Positions 37,885 through 49,466 are shown, numbered from the stretch's first letter. The stretch is DNA of 64,000 nucleotides from Actinomycetota bacterium (GCA_018821365.1 JAHJML010000174.1:10067-74066); one strand, 5' to 3'. Numbers and translations are program-made. The notes: generated by a model from the sequence alone, not told the origin.

Positions 37885-39061
37885 CGGCCCACCTCTCCAG
37901 TGCTTCCAGTCCGGGGAGCGTCCCGCCCTCCAGCATTTCCAGTCCCGCTCCCCCGCCGGTCGACAGATGCGACACCGCCGACTCGAGCCCGAAGGCCCGC
38001 AGCGCCGCCACGCTGTCTCCACCACCTGCGGCGGTGAACCCCGGGCAGGCGCCCACCGCCTGGGCCACCCTTCGGGTCCCTTCTGCAAACGGCTCCCACT
38101 CGAACACTCCCATCGGGCCGTTCCAGAACACGGTGTCCGATCCGCCGATCACGGCCGCAAACCGCTCGGCGGTAGCCGGGCCGATGTCGAGGCCCATGGT
38201 CCCGTCGGGGATCGATGTCGCCGCCACCACCCGATGCGGGGTGTCTGCCGCAAACGAATCGCCGATGACGATGTCGCTCGGCAGCACCAGTCGCCCGCCG
38301 TCGGGACCCTCCATCACGTCCCGGATCTCATCGAGCATGCCCTCCTCCACGAGGGAGTCGCCCACTGGGTAGCCATCGGCCATCAGCAGCGTGAAGCACA
38401 TGGCTCCACCGATCAGCATGGCGTCCACCTTGGGGAGCAGCGCCCGGATCACTCCGAGTTTGTCGGAGACCTTGGCGCCTCCCAGGATCACCACGTACGG
38501 ATGATCGGGTTCGTCGAGCAGCCTGCGGAACGCCAGCGCCTCCGCCGCCAGCAGCCGCCCGGCCGCCGATGGGAGCCGTTCGGCGACCCCGACCGTGGAG
38601 GCGTGAGCGCGGTGGGCGGTGCCGAAGGCATCCAGCACGAAGAGGTCCGCCAGGCCGGCCAGCCGATCGGCCAGCGCCGGGTCGTTGGCCTTCTCGCCGG
38701 CCTCGAAGCGGGTGTTCTCGATCACCACCACCTCACCGGGCGCAGCTGCCGCCACGGCGGCGCTCGAAAGCGGCCCGGCCACATCCTCGGCGAAGGAGAC
38801 GGGAAAGCCCCCCAGCTCACCCAGCAGGGCGGCCACCGGGGCCAGCGAGAGGCCGGCGGTGGGGCCCGAAGGCCGGCCCAGGTGGCTGCAGACGACCACC
38901 CGCGCCCCGCCGTCGATCAGCTCCCTGATGGTGGGGAGGCTGGCCCTGATCCGGAAGTCGTCGCCCACCCGGCCGTCGGTAAGGGGGACATTGAGATCGG
39001 CCCGCACCAGCACGGTCTTGCCGGCGACGTCGAGGTCGTCGAGGGTCAGGAAACGGCTCAC
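37874..39061 (-). CDS. pgk: phosphoglycerate kinase
   Basis: 395 aa; conserved N-terminal LVRADLNVPL, ...GGAK..., ...STGGGA.... Confidence 0.9.
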   Translation of the reverse strand: MSRFLTLDDLDVAGKTVLVRADLNVPLTDGRVGDDFRIRASLPTIRELIDGGARVVVCSHLGRPSGPTAGLSLAPVAALLGELGGFPVSFAEDVAGPLSSAAVAAAAPGEVVVIENTRFEAGEKANDPALADRLAGLADLFVLDAFGTAHRAHASTVGVAERLPSAAGRLLAAEALAFRRLLDEPDHPYVVILGGAKVSDKLGVIRALLPKVDAMLIGGAMCFTLLMADGYPVGDSLVEEGMLDEIRDVMEGPDGGRLVLPSDIVIGDSFAADTPHRVVAATSIPDGTMGLDIGPATAERFAAVIGGSDTVFWNGPMGVFEWEPFAEGTRRVAQAVGACPGFTAAGGGDSVAALRAFGLESAVSHLSTGGGAGLEMLEGGTLPGLEALERWADGS

Positions 39062-39086
39062 AGGTCCTCCGCGGAATCGGCCTCCG

Positions 39087-40046
39087 TCACGCTAGCCGCC
39101 GCAGCACCGCTCCCAGCCGGGCCGGATCGTGCTGCGGCCACGCCGCCCCCGGATCGGCCAGTTCGGCGCTCTCGACCCGGCACCCGAGCGCCGTCTCGTC
39201 GACCTCCACCCGCTGCAACCCGGCCGGCACCTCCAGGGGGCCGTGGTGCCCGACCACGACGTCGGGGCGTCGCAGCCCGGTCCGCTCGACGAGCGCCGCC
39301 ACATGCGCGGCGGCGTCCATGCCGAGGGTCTCACCGTCCTGGGTGATCAGGTTGCACACGTACACCAGGCCCGCCGCCGAAGCGTTGACCGCCTCGACCA
39401 CTCCCGGGACGACCAGCACCGCCGCCAGCGAGGTGTAGAGGCTGCCGGGACCGATGACGATTTGCTCGGCGGAACCGATGGCGGCCAACGCCGCCCGGGT
39501 GGCCGTCACCGCCGGGGTCACCCGCAGATCCTCGATGCTTCCCCGCGACCGCGAGATGGCCGCCTGACCCGACACCGCCTTCCCGTCGATGACTGCTTCG
39601 AGGACGAGCGGCTCCGACGCCACCGGCACCACCGCCCCCCGGGCGCCCATCAGCCTCCCCATGGTGTTGAGCGCCTCTTCCAGGCCCCCCGACATCTCGG
39701 CGAAGGCAGCGAGCACCAGGTTGCCGAGGGAGTGCCCGGCTACGTCGCCGTGTTCGAAGCGGTGCTCCATCACCCGGCGCCACAGGGACCCTCCCGGGCT
39801 CAGGGCCAGCAGGGCGCGGCGGGTGTCGCCCGGCGGCGGGATCCCCAGCCCCGGCACCAGTCTGCCCGAAGATCCACCGTCGTCGGCGACGCTGACGACG
39901 GCGGTGATGGTCTCGCCATACTCCTGGATCGCCATCAACGCCTGCGCCAGTCCGTGCCCACCGCCGAGGGCAACCACCCGGAGGCCGCCGATGTCCAACT
40001 CCAACTCCTCCAGGAGGGGGTCGACGATGGTCTCGAACTCGCTCAA
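39087..40046 (-). CDS. YvcK/CofD-family gluconeogenesis factor (UPF0052)
   Basis: RVVALGGGHG and VSVADDGGSSGRL motifs. Proposed TTG start overlaps the rapZ stop (TTGA); the track ORF extends to 40151. Confidence 0.7.
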   Translation of the reverse strand: MSEFETIVDPLLEELELDIGGLRVVALGGGHGLAQALMAIQEYGETITAVVSVADDGGSSGRLVPGLGIPPPGDTRRALLALSPGGSLWRRVMEHRFEHGDVAGHSLGNLVLAAFAEMSGGLEEALNTMGRLMGARGAVVPVASEPLVLEAVIDGKAVSGQAAISRSRGSIEDLRVTPAVTATRAALAAIGSAEQIVIGPGSLYTSLAAVLVVPGVVEAVNASAAGLVYVCNLITQDGETLGMDAAAHVAALVERTGLRRPDVVVGHHGPLEVPAGLQRVEVDETALGCRVESAELADPGAAWPQHDPARLGAVLRRLA

Positions 40047-40888
40047 CGCTCGATGTCCCGATGGGTCACCGACACCGGCACGGCCCGCTCCCGCAGCCAT
40101 GCCCCGAGTTGCTCGGCGATGGCCACCGATCGATGGTGGCCCCCGGTACACCCGACCGCCACGGTGAAGTAGGCCTTGCCCTCCGCTTCGTACCTGGGCA
40201 GCAGGAAGTCCAGCATGTCGCAGACCCGGTCCACGAAGGCGGGGGTGTCCGGTTGGCCGGCCACGTAGTCGGCGACCGGTCCGTCGAGCCCGGTCAGGTC
40301 GCGCAGCGCCGGGACCCAGTGCGGGTTGGGGAGAAAGCGGGCGTCGAGCACCATGTCGGCTTCCTGGGGCACTCCGTGCTTGAACCCGAACGACAGCACC
40401 GACACCCGCATCGGCCGCACCATCTGGCGGTCCCCGAACGCCCCCTGCACGGTGGAACGGAGGTCGTGGACGCTTCTGCCGCCGGTGTCGAGCACGAGGT
40501 CGGCCCGATCCCTCAATCCGTCGAGCGCCGCCCGTTCCGCAGCGATCGACGAGGAGAGGGTCGGCATGTCCACCGGATGGGGCCGCCGGCTCTCCTGGAA
40601 CCGCTTCACGAGGATGTCGTCGGCAGCGTCGAGGAACAGGACCCTGACCGGCACGCCCGTCGCCGCCAACTCGTCGAGTGCCCCCTCGAGCGACTCGAAG
40701 TTCAGCCCGCCGCGGGTGTCCACGACGAACGCCAACAGGTCGTGCCGATTGTCATCCCACTCGACGGCCTCTCCGATCAGACCCGCCGGAAGGTTGTCGA
40801 TGACGAAGAAGCCGAGATCCTCGAGGGCGTTCGATGCCGTCGATCGCCCTGCCCCGCTCATCCCGGTGATCACGACCAGTTCAGGCAC
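40043..40888 (-). CDS. rapZ: RNase adapter protein RapZ (YvcJ family P-loop NTPase)
   Basis: Walker A GMSGAGRS at the N-terminus; conserved C-terminal CTGGHHRSV. Confidence 0.85.
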   Translation of the reverse strand: MPELVVITGMSGAGRSTASNALEDLGFFVIDNLPAGLIGEAVEWDDNRHDLLAFVVDTRGGLNFESLEGALDELAATGVPVRVLFLDAADDILVKRFQESRRPHPVDMPTLSSSIAAERAALDGLRDRADLVLDTGGRSVHDLRSTVQGAFGDRQMVRPMRVSVLSFGFKHGVPQEADMVLDARFLPNPHWVPALRDLTGLDGPVADYVAGQPDTPAFVDRVCDMLDFLLPRYEAEGKAYFTVAVGCTGGHHRSVAIAEQLGAWLRERAVPVSVTHRDIER

Positions 40889-41047
40889 GCCCGTCCTCCA
40901 GGAGATGTTCCTTCACCACTCTTCGTCCTCCCCAGGATGGTAGGGCCGCTTCCTGCTCGCCCCCACGATGGCAGGCGCCGTCCCGGGAAGGGAGCCTCTC
41001 TGAGATCGACGGAGGTGCCGCCGGCCCCCGGGTCGGCGGCCGGCCCA

Positions 41048-42901
41048 TCATCGGCTGCGGCCCGCAGCGGGCGCCGCACCGTGGAGGGCCGCTTGTAGAG
41101 CCGCGGCCACCCCGGCCGGAACCACCGAGGCCAACTCCGCTTGGGAGGCCTCCCGCATCTTCGCCAGCGACCCGAACCGCCGCAACAGCGCCTTCTTGCG
41201 GGCCGGGCCGACCCCGGGCACGTCGTCGAGGATCGAGTCGACCATCCGCTTGCCGCGCAGGCTGCGGTGGTACTGATTGGCGAAGCGGTGGGCCTCGTCC
41301 CGCACCCTCTGCAGCAGGTGGAGCGCCTCTTCGCCGCGGGGGATTCGCACCGGATCGGGCCGGCCGGGCAGGTAGACCTCCTCCATCCGCTTCGCCAGGC
41401 CGGCGATCGGGATGTCCAACCCCAACTCGTCGACGACCTTGACGGCCCGCGACACCTGGCCGACCCCGCCGTCGACGAGCAGCAGCGACGGGGGGTAGGA
41501 GAACCTGCCCCGCTCCTCGACCGGCAGATCCCGCTCGACCAGGTAGGCCGTCAGTCTCCGCCGCAGCACCTCTTCCATGGAGGCGAAGTCGTCCTGCCCC
41601 TCGACGTCCCTTATCTTGAAACGGCGATAGTGGTTGCGCCGCGGCAGGCCGTCCTCGAGGACCACCATCGATGCGACGGTGGACCGCCCCCCGATGGTGG
41701 CGATGTCGTAGGCCTCGATCCGCAGCGGTGGTTCCGGAAGGTCGAGGCTGTCCTGCAAGCTCCGCAACGCCCGGGCCCTGGCGTTGTGGTCGGATTGTCG
41801 CCGCAACCGATGCCGGGCGAAGGTCTCCCCGGCATTGGCGCGGGCCGTCTCCATCAGGCGCCGCTTCGCTCCCCGCTGCGGCACCCGCAGTGAGACCGCC
41901 GTCCCCCGCCGCGCCTCCAGCCACTCCGTCCAGAGCCGCGGTTCCTCGGGGAGCGTCTCCACCAGTACCTCCGGCGGGGGCCGCTCCGACCCGTAGCGCT
42001 GCAGGAGCATCCGGCCCACCAGTTCGCCGCTGCTGACGTCTTCCACCTTGTCGACCACCGTGGCGATCCGCCCGGTCACCCGGCCCTTCTGGATGGTGAG
42101 CATCACCGTGGCGGCCTCCAGGTCGTCCTCCTCGATGGCGATGAGGTCGAAGTCGTCGGCTCGTTCGGACGCCACCTCCTGGCGCGCCAGTGCCTTCTCC
42201 ACCGAGAGGAGTTGATCCCGGAACCGGGCGGCCTGCTCGAACTCCAGGGCGTCGGACGCCTCCTGCATCCGGGTGCGCAATTGGCGGGCCACCGGGTCGC
42301 CGTCGCCGGTGAGGAACGCCGCCAGGCCGTCGAGGTGGGCCTGGTAATCGGCGGGGTCGACCTCCCCCACGCAGGGGCCAGAGCATCGCTCGATGTGGAA
42401 CAGCAGGCAGGGGCGGCCCTGCGCCTGGTGCCGTTTCATCTTGGAGTTGGTGCAGGTGCGGATCGGGAAGGTTCGCAGCAGCAGATCGAGCGTCTGCCGG
42501 ATGGCGTAGGCATGGGCATAGGGGCCGAAGTACTGGGTGCCCTTGCGCCGCTTGCCGCGCATCACCGTCGCCCGCGGCCACTCCTCTCCCCTGGTGATGG
42601 CGAGGAATGGGAAGCTCTTGTCGTCCCGCAGGCGGATGTTGAAGCGGGGTTGGTGCTTCTGGATGAGGGTGTATTCGAGATGGATGGCCTCGACCTCGTT
42701 GTCGGTGACGATCCACTCCACCGCATCGGCCGTCTCGACCATGTTGAGGGTGCGGGCGGCGAGGTCGACCCCGAAGTAGTTGGCCACCCGCTTGCGCAGC
42801 GACTTGGCCTTGCCGACGTACAGCACCGCGCCGTGCCGATCGCGGAACAGGTAGACGCCCGGCCGATCGGGAATCTCAGAAGGAGCGGGGCGCTGCACCA
42901 T
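41048..42901 (-). CDS. uvrC: excinuclease ABC subunit C
   Basis: GIY-YIG N-terminus (PGVYLFRDRHGAVLYVGKAKSLRKR), UvrC family core, C-terminal HhH. Start ATG at 42899-42901. Confidence 0.9.
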   Translation of the reverse strand: MVQRPAPSEIPDRPGVYLFRDRHGAVLYVGKAKSLRKRVANYFGVDLAARTLNMVETADAVEWIVTDNEVEAIHLEYTLIQKHQPRFNIRLRDDKSFPFLAITRGEEWPRATVMRGKRRKGTQYFGPYAHAYAIRQTLDLLLRTFPIRTCTNSKMKRHQAQGRPCLLFHIERCSGPCVGEVDPADYQAHLDGLAAFLTGDGDPVARQLRTRMQEASDALEFEQAARFRDQLLSVEKALARQEVASERADDFDLIAIEEDDLEAATVMLTIQKGRVTGRIATVVDKVEDVSSGELVGRMLLQRYGSERPPPEVLVETLPEEPRLWTEWLEARRGTAVSLRVPQRGAKRRLMETARANAGETFARHRLRRQSDHNARARALRSLQDSLDLPEPPLRIEAYDIATIGGRSTVASMVVLEDGLPRRNHYRRFKIRDVEGQDDFASMEEVLRRRLTAYLVERDLPVEERGRFSYPPSLLLVDGGVGQVSRAVKVVDELGLDIPIAGLAKRMEEVYLPGRPDPVRIPRGEEALHLLQRVRDEAHRFANQYHRSLRGKRMVDSILDDVPGVGPARKKALLRRFGSLAKMREASQAELASVVPAGVAAALQAALHGAAPAAGRSR

Positions 42902-42933
42902 GGGCGCCGAGTGTATCGGGGGACCCCGGCGGC

Positions 42934-43638
42934 TCAGGCACGGCGCTGCCACCGCAAGCCGAGCAATCGGGGGATGCCCCGCTGCAGAGCCAGCAATGGG
43001 TCGCGCCCCGCCTGGGCGTCACCGACTCCTGCTTCGACCACTTGCTGCAGCGACCACCCGGCCCCCGCCGCCGCATTCAGCAGAGCCCCCATCGACCGGT
43101 GGTGGAAGGTCACCTCGCCCTCGGCGGCCGGTTCGGAGGTCGCACCCGATCCGAGGTAGTCGCCCCACCTCCAGAGGATCTCCCCGTCGTCGGCGTCGAA
43201 TACCGGCGCCGAACCGGGCGCCGTCATCATCGGGTGGTTGAGCACGGCCGCCAACCCCCCGCCGGGCCGCACCACCCGCCGGCAGGCCTCGAACAAGGGG
43301 CGTACCTCGCCGAGGTGCTCGAGGACCAGCACGGCATATGCCCCATCCAGTGAGTCGTCCCGCAGCCAATCGAGATCGGGCAGCCGGGCCACGACGGCCG
43401 GCCCATCGACACCGGCCCGCCGCGCCAGGGTGAGGGAGACGTCGCACCCCACCACGGAGGCGCCTTTCGCCGACAGGGCCCGCATCGTCTGCCCCTCGCC
43501 GCACCCCATGTCCAGCCACCGCTCCCCCGCCACCGGGTCGACGACGGCGCAGGCCATCGGGATCACCTGCTCGAGGTAGGCGGGATCGCCGGCCACCTCC
43601 CCGAGCCACCAGGCGGCCAGGTCGTCGCCCCAGGTCAC
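42934..43638 (-). CDS. class I SAM-dependent methyltransferase
   Basis: Motif [10 protein letters not shown] and the post-I region [10 protein letters not shown]...VVRPGG. Proposed GTG start at 43636-43638 overlaps the uvrA stop (GTGA). The 5-prime half of the track ORF is an out-of-frame overlap with uvrA. Confidence 0.55.
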   Translation of the reverse strand: MTWGDDLAAWWLGEVAGDPAYLEQVIPMACAVVDPVAGERWLDMGCGEGQTMRALSAKGASVVGCDVSLTLARRAGVDGPAVVARLPDLDWLRDDSLDGAYAVLVLEHLGEVRPLFEACRRVVRPGGGLAAVLNHPMMTAPGSAPVFDADDGEILWRWGDYLGSGATSEPAAEGEVTFHHRSMGALLNAAAGAGWSLQQVVEAGVGDAQAGRDPLLALQRGIPRLLGLRWQRRA

Positions 43639-46514
43639 CTTGCCATCATCTCCCGCAGGAACTTGCCGGTATAGGACTCGGGCACCGCCGCCACCGACTC
43701 CGGGGTGCCGGTCGCCACGATGCGCCCCCCTTCGTCGCCGCCCTCGGGTCCCAGGTCGATGACCCAATCCGCCGACTTGATCACGTCCAGGTTGTGCTCG
43801 ATGACCACGATGGTGTTGCCGGCATCCACCAGCCGCTGCAGCACCCCGAGCAGCTTGTGGACGTCCTCGAAGTGCAGGCCGGTGGTCGGCTCGTCGAGGA
43901 TGTAGAAGGTTCGCCCGGTGGCCCGCTTCCCCAACTCCCCGGCGAGCTTGACCCGCTGCGCCTCGCCGCCCGAGAGTGTGGGGGCGGGCTGGCCGAGCTT
44001 GATGTATCCCAGGCCGACATCGCCCAGGGTCTGCAGCACCCTTACGATCGGTGGTTGGTTCTCGAAGAACGTGATCGCCTCCGCCACCGACATCCCCAGG
44101 ACATCGGCGATCGAATGGCCCTTCCACAGGATCTCGAGCGTCTCCCGGTTGTAGCGGCGCCCCTTGCACTGCTCGCAGGGGATGTAGATGTCGGGGAGGA
44201 AGTGCATCTCGATCTTGATCTGCCCGTCGCCCTTGCAGGCCTCACAGCGCCCCCCGGCCACGTTGAACGAGAAGCGGCCCGGCTTGTAGCCGCGCATCCT
44301 CGCATCGGGTGTCGAGGCGAACAGGGTGCGAATCCGGTCGAAGAGCTTGGTGTAGGTGGCCGCATTCGAACGGGGGGTCCGCCCGATCGGCGATTGGTCG
44401 ATGTTGATGGCCTTGTCGATGAGGTCGAGGCCCTCGATCTCCTTGTGGAGCCCGGGGAGCGCCCGGCTCCCGTAGACATGGGCCGCCAGCGCCTTGGAGA
44501 GGATCTCCTCCACCAGGGTCGACTTGCCGCTGCCGGACACACCGGTGACCGCGATGAAGAGGCCCATCGGGAACTCGACATCCAGGTCCTTGAGGTTGTT
44601 CTCGGCGGCCCCCCGCACCACCACCGCACGCCCGTCGGCCCGGCGCCGCCGCCTCGGAACCGGGATGCTCCGGATGCCGCTCAGGTACTGGCCGGTGATC
44701 GAGGACTCTTCGGCCATGATGGCATCCAGGCCTCCCTCGGCCACGATGCGGCCCCCGTGCTCCCCGGCGCCCGGCCCGATGTCGACGATGTGGTCGGCGA
44801 TCCGGATGGTCTCCTCGTCGTGTTCGACCACCACCACGGTGTTGCCGAGGTCGCGCAGCCGGATCAACGTCTCGATGAGCCGCTGGTTGTCGCGCTGGTG
44901 GAGGCCGATGGAGGGCTCGTCGAGGATGTAGAGCACCCCCACCAGGCCGGACCCGATCTGGGTGGCGAGCCGGATCCGCTGCGCTTCGCCTCCCGCCAGG
45001 GTGGCGGCGCTGCGGCTGAGGGTCAGGTAGTCGAGCCCGACATCCAGCAGGAAGCGGAGCCGGGCTTGGATCTCCTTGAGGACGGCGGCGGCGATCCTCG
45101 CCTGCCGATCGTCGAGTTCCACCCGGTCGAGGAACTCACTCGCCTTGCGGAGCGATTGCGACGACACCTGGTGGATGTTGAGGCCCCCGATCTCCACGGC
45201 CAGCGCCACCGGGTTGAGGCGGGCGCCCTCGCAGGTCTCGCAGGGCACCTGGCGCATGTACTGCTGGTAGAACTCGCGGGCCCCGTCTCCGTCGGCGTTC
45301 TCGTGGCGCCGCACCAGCCAGGGGACCAGGCCCTCGTAGGTGGTCTGGTAGCGGCGTTCCTTGCCGAAGCGATTGGTGTAGGTGACGGTGATCGGCTCGG
45401 TGCCGGTGCCCTCCAGCACCAGGTCCTGGTGCTGCTTGGGCATCCTGGAGAACGGCCGATCGAGGTCCAACCCGTGCTTGGCGGCTACTCCTTCGAGCAT
45501 CCGGCTGTAGTAGGTCGCCCGGTGCCGGCCTCCCCAGGGGATGATCGCCCCTTCGCTGATCGCCTTGTCCGGATTCGGGATCGCCAGCCGCCAGTCGACC
45601 TGGAACCGGGTGCCGATGCCGTTGCAGGCGGCGCAGGCCCCGTAGGGGTTGTTGAACGAGAAGTTGCGAGGTTGCAGTTCCTCGAAGGAGATGCCGCAGT
45701 GGTCGCAGGCGAAGTGCTGGCTGAAGGTGAGGGGGGCCTCGCCCTCGACATCGATCACGGCCACCCCGTCGGCGAGTCGGAGCGCCGTCTCGAGCGAATC
45801 GGTGAGCCGCCGTTCGATCCCGTCCTTGCGGACCAGGCGGTCGACGATCACATCGATGCTGTGCTGGTAGTAGCGGTCGAGGCGGATCTCCTCGGCCAGG
45901 TCGCGGACCTCGCCGTCGATCCGAGCCCGGGAGAAGCCCTCCCGGCTCAACTCCTTGAGCAGGGACTCGTACTCTCCCTTGCGCCCCCTGACCACCGGGG
46001 CCAGCACCTGGAATCGGGCACCATCTGGCAACTCCAGGATCCGGTCGACGATCTGCTGCGGGGTCTGACGGGCCACCACCCTGCCGCACTGGGGGCAGTG
46101 CGGGATACCGGCCCTGGCGTACAGCAGGCGCAGGTAGTCGTGGATCTCGGTGACGGTGCCCACGGTGGATCTCGGGTTGCGGCTCGCCGTCTTCTGATCG
46201 ATCGAGATCGCCGGAGAGAGCCCCTCGATGAAGTCGACATCTGGCTTCTCCATCTGCCCGAGGAACTGCCTGGCGTAGGCGGAGAGGCTCTCGACGTAGC
46301 GCCGCTGGCCTTCGGCGTAGATCGTGTCGAACGCCAGGCTCGACTTCCCCGATCCCGAGAGCCCGGTGAACACGATGAGCCGGTCGCGCGGCAACTCCAG
46401 AGACACATTCTTGAGGTTGTGTTCCCTGGCACCCCGGATGACGATGCTGTCGCTGGCCACGCCCGTCCTCGGCTCGAGCGGCCGCATCATACCGGGGGCC
46501 TGTGACGGAATCAC
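43635..46514 (-). CDS. uvrA: excinuclease ABC subunit A
   Basis: Two ABC ATPase modules ([12 protein letters not shown]..., [11 protein letters not shown]...), zinc-finger cysteine clusters, [12 protein letters not shown]-terminus. Confidence 0.9.
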   Translation of the reverse strand: MIPSQAPGMMRPLEPRTGVASDSIVIRGAREHNLKNVSLELPRDRLIVFTGLSGSGKSSLAFDTIYAEGQRRYVESLSAYARQFLGQMEKPDVDFIEGLSPAISIDQKTASRNPRSTVGTVTEIHDYLRLLYARAGIPHCPQCGRVVARQTPQQIVDRILELPDGARFQVLAPVVRGRKGEYESLLKELSREGFSRARIDGEVRDLAEEIRLDRYYQHSIDVIVDRLVRKDGIERRLTDSLETALRLADGVAVIDVEGEAPLTFSQHFACDHCGISFEELQPRNFSFNNPYGACAACNGIGTRFQVDWRLAIPNPDKAISEGAIIPWGGRHRATYYSRMLEGVAAKHGLDLDRPFSRMPKQHQDLVLEGTGTEPITVTYTNRFGKERRYQTTYEGLVPWLVRRHENADGDGAREFYQQYMRQVPCETCEGARLNPVALAVEIGGLNIHQVSSQSLRKASEFLDRVELDDRQARIAAAVLKEIQARLRFLLDVGLDYLTLSRSAATLAGGEAQRIRLATQIGSGLVGVLYILDEPSIGLHQRDNQRLIETLIRLRDLGNTVVVVEHDEETIRIADHIVDIGPGAGEHGGRIVAEGGLDAIMAEESSITGQYLSGIRSIPVPRRRRRADGRAVVVRGAAENNLKDLDVEFPMGLFIAVTGVSGSGKSTLVEEILSKALAAHVYGSRALPGLHKEIEGLDLIDKAINIDQSPIGRTPRSNAATYTKLFDRIRTLFASTPDARMRGYKPGRFSFNVAGGRCEACKGDGQIKIEMHFLPDIYIPCEQCKGRRYNRETLEILWKGHSIADVLGMSVAEAITFFENQPPIVRVLQTLGDVGLGYIKLGQPAPTLSGGEAQRVKLAGELGKRATGRTFYILDEPTTGLHFEDVHKLLGVLQRLVDAGNTIVVIEHNLDVIKSADWVIDLGPEGGDEGGRIVATGTPESVAAVPESYTGKFLREMMAR

Positions 46515-46603
46515 CAGGGTGTGGTTCGGTCCCCGTCGGCTCGACGGCGGCCATCTCGGGAGCGGCGCGCCCCCAGCCCGGGACCCGGCCTACACTCCCG
46601 CTC

Positions 46604-46798
46604 ATGTTCAGACAGATCGGAACCGGCGAGATCATCCTGATCGTGGTCGTGCTCGTGTTCTTGTTCGGGGCCAAGAAGCTCCCCGAGTTGGCCCGCTCGC
46701 TCGGCAGGTCGGTCAAGGAACTCCGCGGCGGGCTCAAAGAAGGCCTCGAGGAAGGCCCCGGGGGCGGCCTCGACAACGAACTGGACGAGGACACCTAG
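46604..46798 (+). CDS. tatA: twin-arginine translocase subunit TatA/E
   Basis: MFRQIGTGEIILIVVVLVFLFGAKKLPELARSLGRSVKELRGG. ATG at 46604; the upstream part of the track ORF is not coding. Confidence 0.8.
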   Translation: MFRQIGTGEIILIVVVLVFLFGAKKLPELARSLGRSVKELRGGLKEGLEEGPGGGLDNELDEDT

Positions 46799-46810
46799 GC
46801 CGCCGACTCG

Positions 46811-48823
46811 CTAGCGGGCCGCCTCTGACATCTCCCGCAACTCCCGGCGCAACTCGTTGACCTCGTCGCGCAGCCGGGCGGCGTATTCGAACCGCAACTC
46901 CCGGGCTGCCTGGCGCATCTCCTCTTCGAGGCTCTGCACCAGCCGCTGCAGGTCGTCGAACGGCATGTCGATCTTCTGGCGCTCGGACACCTCCCGGCGA
47001 CGCCGCTCGACCCCGGGCGCCTCGGCGGTGTGCAGCAGTTCGAGGATGTCGGAGATCTTCTTGCGGATGGTCTGGGGGTCGATGCCGTGCTTCTCGTTGT
47101 GGATCACCTGGAGCGCCCGGCGCCGATTGGTCTCGTTGAGCGCCGCCTGCATCGACCTCGTGACGTTGTCGGCGTACATGACCACCTGGCCGTCGACGTT
47201 GCGCGACGCCCTGCCGATCGTCTGGATGAGGCTCGTCTCCGATCGGAGAAAGCCCTCCTTGTCGGCGTCGAGGATGGCCACCAGGCCGACCTCGGGGAGG
47301 TCGAGGCCCTCCCGGAGCAGGTTGATCCCCACCAGCACGTCGAACTCCCCCAGCCTGAGGTCCCGCAGGATCTGGACCCGCTCCAGCGTGTCGATCTCGG
47401 AGTGGAGGTAGCGGCACCGCACTCCCATCTCCAGCAGGTAGTCGGAGAGGTCCTCGGCCATCTTCTTGGTGAGGGTGGTGACCAGCACCCGCTGGTCGGC
47501 CTCGGCGCGGGCCCGGATCTCCCCGAGGAGGTCGTCGATCTGCCCGCGGGTCGGCTTGACGATGACCTCGGGATCGACCAGGCCGGTGGGGCGGATGATC
47601 TGCTCGACCACGGTCGTCGAGTGCTCGATCTCCCACTTGGATGGGGTGGCCGACAGGAACACTGCCTGGCCGACCCGCTCGTTCCACTCCTCGAAGCGCA
47701 GCGGCCGGTTGTCAGCGGCCGAAGGGAGTCGGAACCCGTGGTCGATCAGTACGTCCTTGCGGCTCCGGTCGCCGAGGTACTGGCCGTGGATCTGGGGGAT
47801 GGTCACGTGGCTCTCGTCGACCACGGTGAGGTAATCGTCGGGGAAGTAGTCGAGCAGGGTGTAGGGGGGCTCCCCCGGCTCCCGCCCATCGAGGTGCCGG
47901 CTGTAGTTCTCGATGCCGTTGCAGTACCCGACCTCCCGCATCATCTCGAGGTCGTAGCTGGTGCGCATTCGGAGCCGCTGCGCCTCGAGCAACCGGTTCG
48001 CCTCCTCCAGATCGGCGAGCCGGTCGGCCAACTCCTCCTCGATGCCGGCCTGGGCCTGCAGCATCCGTTCGGCGGTCGCCACGTAGTGGGTCGCCGGGTA
48101 CACGAACAACTCGGGGAGGTCGCGGATGACCTCGCCGGTCACCGGGTTCATCTCGACGATCCGCTCGACCTCGTCGCCGAAGTACTCCACCCGCATCACG
48201 GTCTCGCCGTAGGCGGGGAACACCTCCAGAGTGTCGCCCCTCACCCGGAACTTGCCCCGAATGACGTTGATCTCGTTGCGTTCGTACTTGATGTCGACGA
48301 GGCGGCGAATGGCATGGTCGAGGGGGAACTCGACGCCGGCGACCAGTCGGAGCAGCTGGCCCTCGTACTGCTCGGGGGAACCCAGCCCGTAGATCGCCGA
48401 CACCGAGGCGACGATGATGACATCCCGCCTGGTGAGAAGGGCGGCGGTCGCCGAGTGCCGGAGCCGGTCGATTTCGTCGTTGACGGTGGCGTCCTTCTCG
48501 ATGTAGGTGTCGCTCTGGGGGATGTAGGCCTCGGGCTGGTAGTAGTCGTAGTACGAGACGAAGTACTCGACACGGTTCTCGGGGAAGAACTGGCGGAACT
48601 CGTTGGCCAGTTGCGCCCCCAGCGCCTTGTTGGGCGCCAATACCAGGGTGGGGCGCTGCACCCGCTCGATCAGCCAGGCGATCGTCGCCGACTTGCCGGA
48701 CCCGGTGATGCCGAGCAGGGTCTGGAAGCGATCCCCCTTCTCGATCCCAGCCGCCAGCGCCTCGATGGCCGCCGGCTGGTCACCGGCGGGTGAGTAGTCC
48801 GAATGGACCTTGAACGGCTGCAT
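46811..48823 (-). CDS. uvrB: excinuclease ABC subunit B
   Basis: [21 protein letters not shown]-terminus, helicase motifs, C-terminal UVR domain. ATG at 48821-48823. Confidence 0.85.
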   Translation of the reverse strand: MQPFKVHSDYSPAGDQPAAIEALAAGIEKGDRFQTLLGITGSGKSATIAWLIERVQRPTLVLAPNKALGAQLANEFRQFFPENRVEYFVSYYDYYQPEAYIPQSDTYIEKDATVNDEIDRLRHSATAALLTRRDVIIVASVSAIYGLGSPEQYEGQLLRLVAGVEFPLDHAIRRLVDIKYERNEINVIRGKFRVRGDTLEVFPAYGETVMRVEYFGDEVERIVEMNPVTGEVIRDLPELFVYPATHYVATAERMLQAQAGIEEELADRLADLEEANRLLEAQRLRMRTSYDLEMMREVGYCNGIENYSRHLDGREPGEPPYTLLDYFPDDYLTVVDESHVTIPQIHGQYLGDRSRKDVLIDHGFRLPSAADNRPLRFEEWNERVGQAVFLSATPSKWEIEHSTTVVEQIIRPTGLVDPEVIVKPTRGQIDDLLGEIRARAEADQRVLVTTLTKKMAEDLSDYLLEMGVRCRYLHSEIDTLERVQILRDLRLGEFDVLVGINLLREGLDLPEVGLVAILDADKEGFLRSETSLIQTIGRASRNVDGQVVMYADNVTRSMQAALNETNRRRALQVIHNEKHGIDPQTIRKKISDILELLHTAEAPGVERRRREVSERQKIDMPFDDLQRLVQSLEEEMRQAARELRFEYAARLRDEVNELRRELREMSEAAR

Positions 48824-48856
48824 CCCGAACACGATACCCGGGGGGTGTGACGGAGA

Positions 48857-49444
48857 TCAGCCCGGCGGGCGTCCCACCAGCGCCGTCCATACCCGCCGGC
48901 ATTCGGCGGCCAACTCGTCGGGGCCGCCGCTGTTGTCGATGACGTGGTCGGCCAGCGCCAGCCACTCGCCGCGCCGCGGTTGGACCGCCATTCGGCCGGC
49001 GATCTCCTCCGGTTCCATGCCGCGCAGCCTCAGTCGGAAGATCCGCAGGTCCTCGGGGGCATCGACCACGATCCGGGGCCAGCCCTCGCCGAGGACGTCG
49101 ATCGGCAACGGCACCTCCACCAGGATCAGGGGTGCCTCGCCGGCCGCTTCCACCTCGGATGCCACCACCCTGGCGATGGCCGGGTGGGTGATGGCTTCGA
49201 GTTCGAGCAGGCCGCCCGGCTCGGAGAAGACCAATCGCCCGAGTGCCCCCCGATCGATCACCCCGCCGACTACCGCCTCCGGCCAACGGGCGGCGACCGC
49301 CGCCTCGGCCTCCCCTCCGGGTGCGAGCACCAGGTGGCCCGCCGCGTCCGCCGACACCACCGCAGCACCGAGTGACACGAAGACCGCGCTTGCAGTGGAC
49401 TTTCCGGAACCGATGCCCCCACTGAGGAGGGCGTGTGCCGTCAT
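48857..49444 (-). CDS. coaE: dephospho-CoA kinase
   Basis: P-loop LSGGIGSGKST; about 195 aa. Confidence 0.8.
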   Translation of the reverse strand: MTAHALLSGGIGSGKSTASAVFVSLGAAVVSADAAGHLVLAPGGEAEAAVAARWPEAVVGGVIDRGALGRLVFSEPGGLLELEAITHPAIARVVASEVEAAGEAPLILVEVPLPIDVLGEGWPRIVVDAPEDLRIFRLRLRGMEPEEIAGRMAVQPRRGEWLALADHVIDNSGGPDELAAECRRVWTALVGRPPG

Positions 49445-49466
49445 ACCGGGACGTTACCGGCCCGGA

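Noticed and set aside
40881-42716. 611-aa minus ORF overlapping uvrC in another frame
   Set aside because: Out-of-frame shadow (…RGRGHPSRIHPHPEAPTPLQHPPAG…).
43794-46505. 903-aa plus ORF opposite uvrA
   Set aside because: Antisense shadow of uvrA.
47030-48793. 587-aa plus ORF opposite uvrB
   Set aside because: Antisense shadow of uvrB.
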